DNA of 64,000 nt, from NCBI GenBank assembly GCA_964016885.1, contig OZ024757.1, positions 39,184,001-39,248,000 on the forward strand, written 5' to 3'. Of this stretch, positions 12,731-25,521 are shown piece by piece. The notes under the pieces are model-generated. The model saw nothing but the letters and a program-made list of their open reading frames with translations. It had not been told where the DNA came from and did not search any database. Position numbers and translations under genes: made by a program. This DNA comes from Eledone cirrhosa. Its lineage: Eukaryota. Positions within the stretch are counted from its first letter, which is position 1. The number at the start of each line of letters is the position of its first letter.

Positions 12731-12768
<38 letters not shown>

Positions 12769-12927
12769 AAATTGTGTGAGTCTGTGTGTATATATAGGTA
12801 TGTATTATGTATATATATATAATTGCGTGTACGTCTGTATGTATATATATATATGTATGTATTTATAATTGCGTGTAAATGTGTATGTATATATATATAT
12901 ATATGTGTATGTATATATATATATATG

Positions 12928-13028
<101 letters not shown>

Positions 13029-13099
13029 AAATATGTACATGTATATATATATGCATATATATATATATATAATTGCGTGCGAGTCTACAAGTATATATA

Positions 13100-13138
<39 letters not shown>

Positions 13139-13217
13139 ATGTGAATTTGAATGCATATAGATGTGTATAAATGTATGTATTCTTGTATATGCATATGCGT
13201 ATGTTTACGTATGTATG

Positions 13218-13255
<38 letters not shown>

Positions 13256-13311
13256 TATTTTTATTTATACATTTATGCTAATATATATATATAATGGCTG
13301 TGTGTGTGTGC

Positions 13312-13364
<53 letters not shown>

Positions 13365-15025
13365 CATGCATACTCTATGAAATGTAGTTTCTTTTAAATA
13401 TTTTCATAGAGAATTTATTATTAAAACCAAAACTTGCTGAAAGCCATTTCAGATCAACATGTTCCAACGGAATCAACAGACAATATTTTCTTTCAAAGAA
13501 TCATTTATTGACCTCTCAATTGCAATCTATGGCCTCGCATTCAAACATTTAATATACTGTGTTGTCCACACATCTTCGTCGTTGCAGTTGAATTGAATCA
13601 TCCTTATACCACTGGCACTTTATTTTAACGACACCATAATGATGAAAGTATGCTCCATTAGTGTTGGCCGAGTAGTAGTTGCAGTAATTGTAGTCGTAGT
13701 AGTAGTAGTAGCAGTAGAAGTAGCTGTAGTAGTATTATAGTAGTAGTAGTACTAGTAGTAGTAGTACTAGTAGTAGTTATAGTAGTATTATTAGTAGTAG
13801 TATTAGAAGAAGATCCCATGTCACTCTCTCGCTCTCTCTCTCTCTCATTCTCTCTCTCTTTCGCTCTCTCTCTCTCTCTTTCGCTCTCTCTCTCTCTTTC
13901 GCTCACTGCCTCTGTCTCTCTCGCGCTCCCCATCTCTCACTATTATTAGAAAATGGTGGACCACTCGTTGGCCATCCCGTCGGACAACATGGTGAAGACT
14001 TATCTCGATTTGGTGGCCTGAAGCGACTGAGAGTATAAGACTTACCCCTGGACAGGACGACAATCCATCTCAGCGTTAAACCTCCATATTTAGCTTGTAC
14101 TCATATTTAGCTGGGTATACTGGAACAACGTAAAGTAAACTATGTTGTGTATGGATTCATCTGATAGGCTTCCAAGCTCTTTCTGTCCACCCAAATTTCA
14201 CTCACAATTCTTGACTCATATTTGGTTAAACTTTGAATTAGCCAGTCACTATATGAGAATTCCTTCCCTCAGACACGAGTAGGTTTCAAAATCAGAATAA
14301 CACTGAATTAGATCTATAAACCAATGCAGCAGCGGCGTTCCCTATAGTCTCCGCGAACTCAGTTCTCCCCATCTCAAGGATAATTCAAGCAGGGTTAAAT
14401 TAACAACGCCGTCTCTCTCTCTGCTCAGATAAAGAAATTCTGTTATATGAAGATCAACTGATAGAAAGTACCGCTTGGAATTAAATTACACACTTGGTTC
14501 TTCAACAAATTATCACTACTCCATAGCAGTAATCAGGATTTGCAAATTAAATAATTAAAGTAGGAACCGTACTTTTAGTAAAGAAGTTTTCTTGCAATCT
14601 ACAAGGCGATCTTTTGGGGGAGTGTAATTGTTAGGCTATTTTTCATCTAACGGTTATTATTACCAAAATCAACTGACACCAACCATACCATATCTGCGTT
14701 CGCTTATTACAATTAGTTACGAAAGGTTTGCTTAATATTTCAGCGAATTAGACGGAGCTGGAAATGAAATATTGATAAACCGATATACCATTGATCCTTT
14801 GTGTGAACAAGAGAGAGAGAGGCCAGGCTTCTAATGATATCATATCTAGATTTGTTTTCTATTACATTATATTCCTTCAGGTTTTGTTACATAACTAACG
14901 CAACGCTTCTCTCAGCTGCCTATCGCACTCAGACACATATATGTGTATGTATATGTCTGTATTTGTGTGTATATATATATATGTGTGTTTTTGTGTGTGT
15001 ACATATGTATCGATATGTCTACTCG

Positions 15026-15058
<33 letters not shown>

Positions 15059-15217
15059 ATGCATTTATGTACAGATGTATATGTATGTATGCATATATGT
15101 ATATATATGTATGCATTTATGTATGTATATATATATATATATATATATAAGAATTATGTGTGCATCTATGTATGTATATATATATATATATATATATTGT
15201 GTGTGCATTTATGTATG

Positions 15218-15259
<42 letters not shown>

Positions 15260-15830
15260 CATTTATGTATGTACATATATATAAGTATGTATGAATGTAT
15301 GAATGTGTGTATATGTATGTATGTATCCATTTGGGTATGTGTATATATATATATATGTATGTATGGATTTATGTAAGTGTATATATGTGTATTTATATTG
15401 ATATATATGTGGGGGGGGGGCGTGTGTGTGTAGAAGGCGAAAGAAAGGAAGAAGGGGAGGAGAGTTTTTATATATCGTTTTATCTGATTCACTGTTTCAC
15501 CGATCCTTTGATCACATGTTCTGAATGTGAACATAACTATAACGTGAATTTCTCCATATGCCGATGCATAAGAAAAGATAGTGAACTATTTAAGAAAGCA
15601 TAGCGTATGATGAATAAATGATAACCGTAACGAGGAATATAAAGACAGAATTCAAACGTTAATATATCTATAATTTAGGAGCAATTTAATATCCACAGGG
15701 AATAATTCATGTCTGGGCATGGATGATCTTAGAGGGACGGAGTTGATGCTATGTCAAACTACCAAAATATATATACTGACATCGCATGCAGCCTGACGGC
15801 GTGTTGTGTATAATATATGATATATGTTAC

Positions 15831-16260
15831 TTAACATTCTCCGGCACCCAAACACATCGCTGCTTGGTGTAAATATGCAAATAGAGTTATAGACCTTTAT
15901 GTTCTGAGTTCAAATCCCACCGAAGTTGGTTTTGCTATCACATAACTCCTGACAGGGTGTTGTTTATAGGGTTTAGTTAACATTCTCCGGCACCCAAAAT
16001 CTTCGCTGCTTGCTGCAAAACAACTTATGACCCTTTAAGTTCTGACTTCAAATTTTGTCGTTTTGCTTTGTCTTTAATCCTTAACATTCTCCGGCACTCA
16101 AATTCATCGCTTTTTGGTGCCAATATGCAAATAGAGTTATGGCCCTTTATGTGCTGAGTTCAAATCCCACCGAGGTTAGTTTTGCCATCACATAACTCCT
16201 GACTGTGTGTTGTTTATGATTTTATATATGTTACTTAACATTCTCCGGCACCCAAAATCA
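15831..16260 (+). repeat. Local tandem amplification with four ttaacattctccggcac.caaa units, three followed by SINE B-box pieces
   Basis: Motif at ~15831, ~15977, ~16081 and ~16235. Confidence 0.75.
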
Positions 16261-16328
16261 CCTAGTCTGGAACTAGCTCTTGAAACGGCATGAGCTCGTC
16301 CGATGGGTCTCGACGCTTTAGAATATAT

Positions 16329-16362
<34 letters not shown>

Positions 16363-16363
<1 letters not shown>

Positions 16364-16524
16364 GTAATAATAATAAATGTGAAGACTAAAATCCAAAGAG
16401 GGCTCGATAAGGATAAATATATATCAAATATATAAGAACCATAGAGCAAATGGTTTCAGAAGATCCCGTTAAGGGAGAAAGCAGCGATTCTTTGCTTAAA
16501 CTTTAATCTGTTATTTTAATAAAT
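16363..16524 (+). mobile_element. Family C (TA)n-embedded element; other copies at ~18686-18800 (-), ~24596-24768 and ~52509-52730
   Basis: Repeated sequence agtaataataataaa..gaagactaaaatccaaagagggctcgataagg...cagaagatcccgttaaggg.gaaagcagcgattctttgcttaaactttaatctgttattttaat, always flanked by TA repeats. Confidence 0.8.
16452..16502 (+). ncRNA. Hammerhead-like fold with non-canonical CAGAAGA core (family C)
   Basis: GGTTT-CAGAAGA-TCCC gttaa GGGA-GAAA-GCA gcgattctt TGC-TT^AAACT; all three stems pair. Confidence 0.55.
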
Positions 16525-16702
16525 ATATATATATATATATATATATAACAGGATGGATGCAATAAAAACCAGTTAGACTATTATATTAATCACCAGAGTT
16601 TTCGATACTTTGGGTAGTAAAGTCAACATTTCAGGACGCCGACGGCTTCCGGATTTAGCTGTTGAAACGGCTAGAGCTCAGCCGTCGGGATCGCCAAATG
16701 TT

Positions 16703-16743
<41 letters not shown>

Positions 16744-16750
16744 GATAAGT

Positions 16751-16797
16751 CTTGTACAGAACTGGAACAGTTTCATTTGGGAGAAATCTTCAGCAAG
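16751..16797 (-). ncRNA. Hammerhead motif (family B, antisense arm of a palindrome)
   Basis: Minus strand: CTTG-CTGAAGA-TTT ctccc AAA T-GAAA-CTG ttccagtt CTG-TA^CAAG. Stem I CTTG/CAAG covaries with TTC/GAA in the 11111 copy. Confidence 0.6.
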
Positions 16798-16978
16798 CGC
16801 TTCGTGATGATTTCTCCCGAATGAAATAGTTCTAGTCATGTAAAAGCCTTTCTATATTAAATATTTATACTCTGCTCTGAGTACCTTACTTACTGTGGTT
16901 AGCCCCGATTGAACCCAGGATAAACTTATATATATATATATATATATATAATGTATAATAAACAATACAATATAATTA

Positions 16979-17046
16979 CCTCATTACCAGAGGTTTCCCG
17001 AATAAGACGAATACAAGAAACGTCCTCATTCGTTCGTCAGACAAGG
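16979..17046 (-). ncRNA. Type-I hammerhead motif (family D, antisense arm of the 16960-17134 palindrome)
   Basis: Minus strand: CCTTGT-CTGACGA-A CGAATGAG..CTTATTCG G-GAAA-CC tct GG-TA^ATGAGG. Confidence 0.65.
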
Positions 17047-17528
17047 CAATTGTCTAACGAACGAATGAGGACGTTTCTTGCATTCGTCTTATTCTGGAAA
17101 CCTCTGGTAATGAGGTATTTATATTGTATTGTTTATTATACATTAAATTTAATTTAGCTCTGTAACTTACATAGAGCACTCTTCAATCCTATGACTTTTT
17201 CAATTTTCAACGGAAACTTCAATACGTATATATATATGTGCGTTTGTGTGTGTGTGTATCACTCTTACCTTACAAACATATATGTTTACTTCCTTCTGCT
17301 AATATATCTTACACCCTTCCATTAAGCAGACACCCCACCTTCCGTATTTTCTTTATGCCATAAGATATTGTTCGTTTTGATGAATAAGTTATGTGTGTTC
17401 TGTGAGTGTATATGTCGCTTTGATATCGTCTATTTAAATTATTGTCAGGCAATATGACTATTATGGTAGCTCTGGGGATAACATTAAATGTAGAAGCTGT
17501 GTACTTTGCGTTTAGGGACGTGTGTGTG

Positions 17529-17566
<38 letters not shown>

Positions 17567-17672
17567 GGTGTATGTGTGTGTGTGTCTTTATTGTGTGACT
17601 ATTTAGATATAGAACATGTGTTCATACAAATACATACATATCTCTGCGCCTCTCTCTCTCCCTCTCTCTTAC

Positions 17673-17727
<55 letters not shown>

Positions 17728-17832
17728 ATATATATATGTGTGTGTGTATATATATATATATGTGTGTGTGTATATATATATATGTGTGTGTGTGTGTATA
17801 TATATATATGTGTGTGTGTGTATATATATATA

Positions 17833-17870
<38 letters not shown>

Positions 17871-17910
17871 ATGTGCGTGTGTGTGTATATATATATGTGT
17901 GTGTGCGTGC

Positions 17911-17956
<46 letters not shown>

Positions 17957-17989
17957 ACATATATATGTATGTATGTATACTGCAAACAG

Positions 17990-18021
<32 letters not shown>

Positions 18022-18470
18022 GTATGTATATACATTTATATATGTATGTATATACATATATATGTATGTATGTGTGTGTGTGTATTAAACCTACACACAA
18101 TATGTCTCTGTTTGTCCGCTTGTGTACATTTATCTAGAATTTTATGTATGTTTTAAATAACACCAATGTCGGATAAATGACCACAATTCACATTTATGAA
18201 CATATATATGATAAGAAATACTTGAGATTTAGTCGTTCTTAGTTCTTGCTCATAACTCACGTCAGACAAATAATGTTAAATCAGAAATTCTAGTGACATT
18301 GTAAGAAGTTTTAGATTTATCACTAAACCGAATCAAACGAAGCCAAACGAATATATTACACGTTGTGGCCGAATTTTACTACAAACCACTTATTTTCAAT
18401 ATTACATGATGGCGGATATGAATCTTAGGTAATAGCGGAAAGAATACGGTCACGAATACAAGCGACCGAA

Positions 18471-18506
<36 letters not shown>

Positions 18507-18874
18507 ACGCACGCGCGCGCGCACACATACATACATACATACATACATACAACGAAGGAAATGTGATAAGGAACCAGATGGACCATAACGCACTAAAGTA
18601 CTCAATACTTAGGGTAGTAGAGTGGGAAATAGGAACAAGTATGACCCCGACGGCAGAGCTCATACTTGTTCCTATATATATATATATTAAAATAACAGAT
18701 TAAAGTTTAAGCAAAGAATCGCTGCTTTCACCCTTAAAGGGATCTTCTTTCCTTATCTAACCCTCCTCGGATTTTAGTCTTCACATTTATTATTATTATT
18801 ATTATTGTTGTTCTTTGAATCTCAGTCATTGATGTTATTTAACTGGAAAGATTGTTGAAATGAATATCAAGCCA

Positions 18875-19081
18875 CTACCTGCAGCCTGAGATATTCAGGA
18901 CGTTTCGGAGGGTTCTTTCTGTTCCCAGCAAACACGCCTTTTGAAGTGTTCCCCAAAACGGGGCTGGACTAATCTTCTTTAACCATCCTTGGAAACTATT
19001 GGAGATAGTACCTAGTGCTCCTATGACAATCGGGATGACCTTGATCTCATGGTAGTTCCAAATCCTTTTTAACTCCCACTT
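18875..19081 (-). pseudogene. 3' fragment of an R4/Dong-clade non-LTR retrotransposon (C-terminus of restriction-like endonuclease region)
   Basis: Open frame KWELKRIWNYHEIKVIPIVIGALGTISNSFQGWLKKISPAPFWGTLQKACLLGTERTLRNVLNISGCR*, then a short 3' UTR ending in (TAA)n near 18788-18806. Confidence 0.85.
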
Positions 19082-19121
19082 CGTTCTGACAGCTATATAT
19101 ATATATATATAATTCTTTCTT

Positions 19122-19161
<40 letters not shown>

Positions 19162-19203
19162 GGAAGAAAGAATTAGTGTTGCATCATATACATATGTAAT
19201 TAC

Positions 19204-19290
19204 ATATTACATATGTTTCACCGCCGATCAGCTCGAGCAACGAACGATTAGGTTCGTACCTGTCTCTGGAGTCGAAAGTTCGTCAGATAT
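19204..19290 (-). ncRNA. Hammerhead motif with extended stem II (family H)
   Basis: Minus strand: ATAT-CTGACGA-AC[~56 nt including an ACGAAC/GTTCGT hairpin]GT-GAAA-CATATG-TA^ATAT, with palindromic ACATATGT stem III; lies between TA tracts. Confidence 0.55.
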
Positions 19291-19319
19291 TTGATTTCAC
19301 ATGTATATATAAATATACC

Positions 19320-19354
<35 letters not shown>

Positions 19355-19521
19355 CGTAATAATAATAATAAATTTGAAATATTAGAAAGTGAGGTTTTTT
19401 TACAAAATGAAAAATAACCGAGGTGTCCTACACGAGTGAAAGTATAAAGAAAAAAAGATGAAATCGAAAATGCAACTGGAGTCTTATTTTTTTTAAATAT
19501 ATATATTTATTTGATTGATTC

Positions 19522-19557
19522 CTTTACCGGTTTCGCAGTTCTTCTGCTTTTCAAAAG
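19522..19557 (-). ncRNA. Minimal hammerhead motif, U3:A8 variant (family F)
   Basis: Exact reverse complement of 3904-3939. Confidence 0.7.
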
Positions 19558-19848
19558 TAGAGTTGAGATGGAGGGTCGGTGTTTTTTCTCACATATATAT
19601 ATGCATATAATATTTGTTTTGTTGCAGTTTAAATACGTTCAATATGGAGAGTTATAAGCTTAGTTTTAAAATGTCTTGTATTATAAATATAATGCTTTGA
19701 TCTTGACGCTCCCAATTAATTCATTCGTCGGACACTTGTCTTTCATATATTTGTGGCAGTCTTTTGAAATCTGTAAAATATCCCAAAGAACGAAGCCATT
19801 TACTTCATGAAATTCTTATATATACTCAGTCAATATGAAACTTCATTA

Positions 19849-19896
<48 letters not shown>

Positions 19897-21140
19897 ATAT
19901 ATTACCTACAGACAACGTGGACTTATTTCCAGACTACAGTATTCCTATTTAGATCAAACAAAACTTACAAACTTTTTCTCTATTCTATACATGTATTTAA
20001 ATCCAACCCATACGGTGGTGGATATTATTCTTGACTGGTGGATAAAGCCATTATAATTTCAAAGGAGACTTTTCCAGCTTCCAAACACGGTTGTCTCAAT
20101 TTAACATGTTCTTTTCTACTCTCAACGATTGAAAATTTCACAATTAAAGCCAAATTCTCTTCTATATATTCTAGTCCGACCTGGTGTACATGTGTGTGTG
20201 ACTGATTTATTAGTATTTCTTTTTTACTTTTATACATCTCTATAAACATATAAATGAATAAATTTAAAAAGAAAATAATTATAGAATTCTAGTCTCTTAC
20301 CTAAAGTCTGCCTCAAGCAAGGAGGCTCGGGTACGTCAGTCCGTTGCTTATCCGGTTTCGTGGCGTTGAGAGACTGAAAGTGTGAAAGTACAAGACACCC
20401 TCCACTGGACAGGACGCCAGTCATTTGCAGAGTTAATCCCCCGAGCAATCGCTGATACTCATTTTCAGTTGAATATACACAACACACAACGCAGTGTACG
20501 AATCGAAACCACGAAATGATGACTACGTTCAGCACCCTCACCATTTAGAAATGCACCTCTACTAATATTTTATAACAGCTTAATTTAAACCAATTATCTG
20601 GGGTAGGGATTAGGGCAGTGGGTTTACCATCATTAGATCGTGACTTCCATTCCTGTACAGAGCGGTTCGTTGTATCCTTAAGGATGATACAAACAGTGCT
20701 GGGTTTGTTTTTGAAAGAGAGCGAGACGAAAGAAATATACATTGTAAAACAGCAACAACTCTTTTATATTTCATAAAATGCTAATTTAAACAATGAATGT
20801 GGTATGGCGATTAAAATGTTCGGTTCACCATCGTATAGTCGCGGTTTGGATTCCCGGACAGAGCAGCATATTGCGTCCTTAAGTAAGATACAAAAAATGC
20901 GTGGTTTGCTTTTGAGAACGAGAGATAGAGAGAGAGGGAGAAAGATATATAGAAAAGGAGAGAGAAAGAGATATGTTTGAGTTTTTATGTGAGTGGATAT
21001 ATATTGGTGTGTTTTGTGTGTTTGTCTGTGTGTGTGTGGTTTGTTTTGTGTGTGTGTGTGTGGTTTGTTTTCTGTGTGCGTTTTTTTTGTGTGTGGTTTG
21101 TTTTGTGTGTGTGTGGTTCGTTTTGTGTGTGTGTGAGTGG

Positions 21141-21176
<36 letters not shown>

Positions 21177-21710
21177 AAGGCAATGTAAATCAACAAAAAC
21201 TACTTGAAATATGTTTAGAAGGGAGGACACGTCTGAGGAGGCTACATGCTGACTGCTATGAAATATATCCAACCAGAACTATTAAATTCCAACAAATCAA
21301 AATAAATACATACTGAAAATTCTCAAAAATAACAGCATACGAAGTACACTGATTTATTTATAAATTCATAGATCTTTGCCGCAAATAATTAATATATTTT
21401 AAACTTTCGGACTTGCTGGCTTTCGGATATGATTTGTAAAGAAACTAACGAAGCAGTAGACCGATACAGTCTCCACGTACACAAACTAACGAAGCAATAC
21501 ATCAAGGCAAGCTACAGATAATCAAGCTAACGAAATATTAAAGTAATTCTCTTCTCCCCCGCACAGATACACAACGACACAAACGACAAACGATATCTCC
21601 ATTCAACCCGGAATTATAAGGGGAAAGCGTGCGTTGAATTTGATGCATAAAATTACCAATAAACTTTTTATTGCCAGAAATTAACAAACCGTTACCCAAG
21701 GTATACACGA

Positions 21711-21995
21711 AAGCACGTAGCTTAGTGGTAATGGTGCTGGACTTACGACTATACTACCGTGGGTTCAAATTTCTGGACTTGGTTATGTGTTGTTCTTTGT
21801 TCTACAGCAAAATACTTCATTTCATGTTGCTCCAGTATACTCCACTGAAAATTACTACCAGTAATAGCTGGAATTTAACCCAGCGATGGACTGGCGTCCT
21901 GTCCAGTGGGTAGTATTGTACTCTCAGTAGTTTAACGCCAGGAAAACCTAGATAAACACCGGTCTGAAGTGTCTACGGGCTCGAGACCAACTTTA
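21711..21995 (+). mobile_element. SINE type 2 variant with V-domain-like segment
   Basis: tRNA head, CORE-like part, then GCGATGGACTGGCGTCCTGTCCAG. Related copies at ~5428-5668 (+), ~20306-20545 (-) and ~41745-41990 (-). Confidence 0.72.
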
Positions 21996-22666
21996 GACTC
22001 AGACTAAACAAGGTATAGGGTGATTTATAAATAATTAAAAGCTCGTCTTCAATACTGCAAGTATCACAAATATAACTGGAAAAGTATGAATATAGAAGGG
22101 AGGATAACAGTTTCTATAATTTATGCATGAATTAAGGACCGTAGATTAGCAGTAGTGATAGGGATTTGGATAAAAGGATTTGCGGTATTTATTTGAGATG
22201 TTATTCGTTCTGTGTTGAAATCCCACCGAGAACAAGTTTGTCTTTCATCCTTCCGGGTTTGATAGAATTCTGAATCAGTTAAGTACCGTTCTTGATATAA
22301 TCGACATTCCTCTTCATCACAAATGTCTGGCCAAAGACCGCAGATTGTCAGTTTCATTAGACCATACAAGAATATGTTTTTCAGTTTTTTAAACTGGTCT
22401 TTCTGTGTGTTATTCAAATGACGAACTAGTCAAGTATATGATTTAATAGAGACTTGAAAGGAAGAAAGCTCAAGTTGGTGTCAGTAGTATTTGAAAACGG
22501 GGCAAAACTCTGCCATAACAAAATATCTGGAAGAGATTTCGACCGGTGCTCTACCAATTCTGCCAATCCACCACTGGTTTCTAATTTAGGCGCAATGCAA
22601 GCAATTTTAGGTGGGGAGCTAGGAATAATAATGATTCCTACTATAGGCAAAATGCCAGCACATTGT

Positions 22667-22902
22667 GAAGGCGCATGGCTTAGTGGTTAGAGTATTGGGC
22701 TTGCAATCGAAAGGTTGTGAGCTCAATTCTCGGACCGGGTGATGTGTTGTTTCCTTGAGCAAGACACTTTATTTCACGTTGCTCCAGTTTACTCAGCTGT
22801 AGAAAGGAGATAAGACTGGAGTCCCTATTATTAAATCACCCAAGACACCTCCAACGAGATATACCTTGGAGTAGGCCAGCTAAACCTGCATATGTGTGAG
22901 CT
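22667..22902 (+). mobile_element. tRNA-derived SINE type 2 (CORE-like domain)
   Basis: A box TGGCTTAGTGG, B-box-like GAGCTCAATTC, CORE-like CCTTGAGCAAGACACTT..CAGTTTACTCAGCTGTAGAAA. Close copies at 28279-28417 and 42652-42889. Confidence 0.8.
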
Positions 22903-24161
22903 GTGACAACAACAACAAGGCCAGCACCCCATTCTTCAGTGACCCTTGAGCCCTTGGCATTCTCTTCATTTCCCGCTTTTAAATATATGTAGTCTTGTTG
23001 TTATTTGAAATAGATTTGTTTAAGGTTTTGTTTTATTTTTATTAATAAAACATATTTAGCCGATATTTATTTATTTTACTTCCATATTAATCAATAGCTG
23101 TTTAATTATATTTCGAAAATATATAATATAACCAAAGTGTTTATTTATATTCTTCCAATAACAAGTGAGAAATATCGTTAATAAATTCAAGTCTCCCCCC
23201 CCCCCATTCCATAAAATATTAATTATTTTATTGATAATGTAATGCTTTCTGATATAGGCACTAGGCCAGGAGTCTTAGGCAAGGGGCAAGTCGATTAAAG
23301 CGAACCCTGTACCTTAGTGGTAATTAATTTATAGACCCCGTAAAGATGAAACGAAAAGTAAACCTCGGCAGGATTTGAAATTAGAACTTAAAGGGATGTC
23401 ACTCAAAGCAGCAAAGCATGGTTTCCGACACTCTACCGGGTCGATTTAATCGACTTGCCATTTCCCCTACATTTGTAACTGAAGTTGAAATAATTATTAC
23501 CCTAGGTAAACTTTGCTTTTCATCCTTAGGTCGATCAAATAAAGTACCAGTAATGCACTGGGATAATTGCTGGCCTTGTACCAGAAGTAGAAACAATTAT
23601 TATCACCATCATCATCATTATGTTCATCATCATCATTATATTTCGACTGATTATCTAGAACAAGTGAACGCGTCTGAAACAGTCATTGAATAAATGTTTT
23701 AAGATAAGAATTGCATGCATCAACTTTGAAAATCAAATTTAATTATCTTTATAGGTCATGCAATATAACATGAAATAGCTTTAATGAAAATAAATCTAAT
23801 TAATAATGATAATTTTCTAAATTACATTTATCTTTTATATAATATATTGTGAATTAATTTTCGTTTGATATATTTCCATAGTACGTCTAAGTATTCATTT
23901 ATCGGGATGAATTTATATGTCTTAGATATTTCTGAACTCTAGTAATATAATTTAAGTAAGACAAAGACCTATACTAGTAGTCGATTCAACCATTGGTTCA
24001 AGATTTGACCTTAGTATAAGGAAAGAAAATACAATATATTACATATTGGTTATACATGTTCCTGATTTATCGGTAAGTAGGTTATATTGTCTATTTTACA
24101 TTGTTTACAGATATATATGTAATTACTTGAAAATTAAATGTAGATTCTATGATATAAGATA

Positions 24162-24203
<42 letters not shown>

Positions 24204-24233
24204 TACATATATATATATATTATATGTATATCT

Positions 24234-24273
<40 letters not shown>

Positions 24274-24287
24274 CTTACATATATAAG

Positions 24288-24320
<33 letters not shown>

Positions 24321-24694
24321 GATATACATATAATATATATATATATATTATATTTATATCTTACATATATAAGATATATATATATATATTATATGTAAGA
24401 TATACATATAATATATATATATATATCTTATATATATATATCTTACACATATAAGATTTATATATATAATACATATATATATATATAACTTATATGTATA
24501 TCTTATATATATATATATATATATATCTTATATGTATATCTTACATATATGAGATATATATATATATATGTATAAGATATATATATAATACATATAGTAA
24601 TAATAATAAAATTGAAGACTAAAATCAAAAGAGGGCTCGATAAGGATAAATATATATCAAATATATAAGAACCGTAGAGCATATTCTGAAACTG

Positions 24695-24745
24695 AGTTTC
24701 AGAAGATCCCGTTAAGGGTGAAAGCAGCGATTCTTTGCTTAAACT
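24695..24745 (+). ncRNA. Hammerhead-like fold with CAGAAGA core (family C)
   Basis: AGTTT-CAGAAGA-T CCC gttaa GGG T-GAAA-GCA..TGC-TT^AAACT. Confidence 0.55.
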
Positions 24746-25029
24746 TTAATCTGTTATTTTAATAAATAGATATATATATATATATCTTATATGTATATCT
24801 TATATGTATATCTTATATATATATATATATATATCTTATATGTATATCTTACATATATAAGATATATATATATATGTATAAGATGTATATATATGTATAA
24901 CATATATAAGATATATATATATATATACACATACATGAGTGTATGTCTTTGAAACATATACATGCACATCGATCAGCTCCGAACACAAAAGAACCAAACT
25001 CCCTCTATCTCCGTTTCTCCTACTCTCGT

Positions 25030-25326
25030 CATCTCTCACTATTATGAGAAAATGGAGGCCCAGGCGCTGGCTACACGGCGGACAGAATAGAGAAGACGTT
25101 TCTCCGGAGAATGGTGAAGGGGGCGCGTTGGAAGACTCATTCCAGCTCGGGAGGCTCACCCTGCTGGTAGCCAACTCTGTTCCGATAGTGGTGAGTAGGA
25201 AGGTGGGCCTACAGCCAAAGATACCAGCTGCTAATGGCGGTGAGTAGGGCAGTGACCCTTTGGCTAAGAAGTCACCAGAAGTCTCCACAGCTACGGGCTC
25301 GATCGCAAACCTGCCGGAAAGCCACC
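25030..25326 (-). pseudogene. Decayed 3' fragment of a CRE-like (RLE-type) non-LTR retrotransposon
   Basis: Motifs across frames: IEPVAVETSG, LLTTIGTELA and GEPPELE*VFQRAPFTILRRNVFSILSAV* (compare P.AVET.G...QR.S.AI.RGNA). The same 3' end CCATTTTCT.ATAATAGTGAGAGATG recurs at ~13931-13956. Confidence 0.7.
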
Positions 25327-25521
25327 TAATACTTGTAATTACTTATTGATTGGGGTCGATGAGTGGTCAAGAATTCCTTTAAGTAGTGTATAGTCTAAAC
25401 GTGTTTTAGATCCCTTTTAAGTACCCTTAGGTTGGGTAAAACGCCACAACTCTACCCCGTGGGTAAGAAGGCTAAACTGTCGTCGCAGAGAAGAGGCAGA
25501 GATATTCATTGCATCAACTTT

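Noticed and set aside
21228-21275. CTGAGGA...GAAA hammerhead candidate
   Set aside because: Stem I does not pair and stem II is unconvincing.
22667-22740. tRNA gene candidates with A and B boxes (also ~28279, ~42652, ~9551)
   Set aside because: No complete cloverleaf, and each runs into a SINE body.
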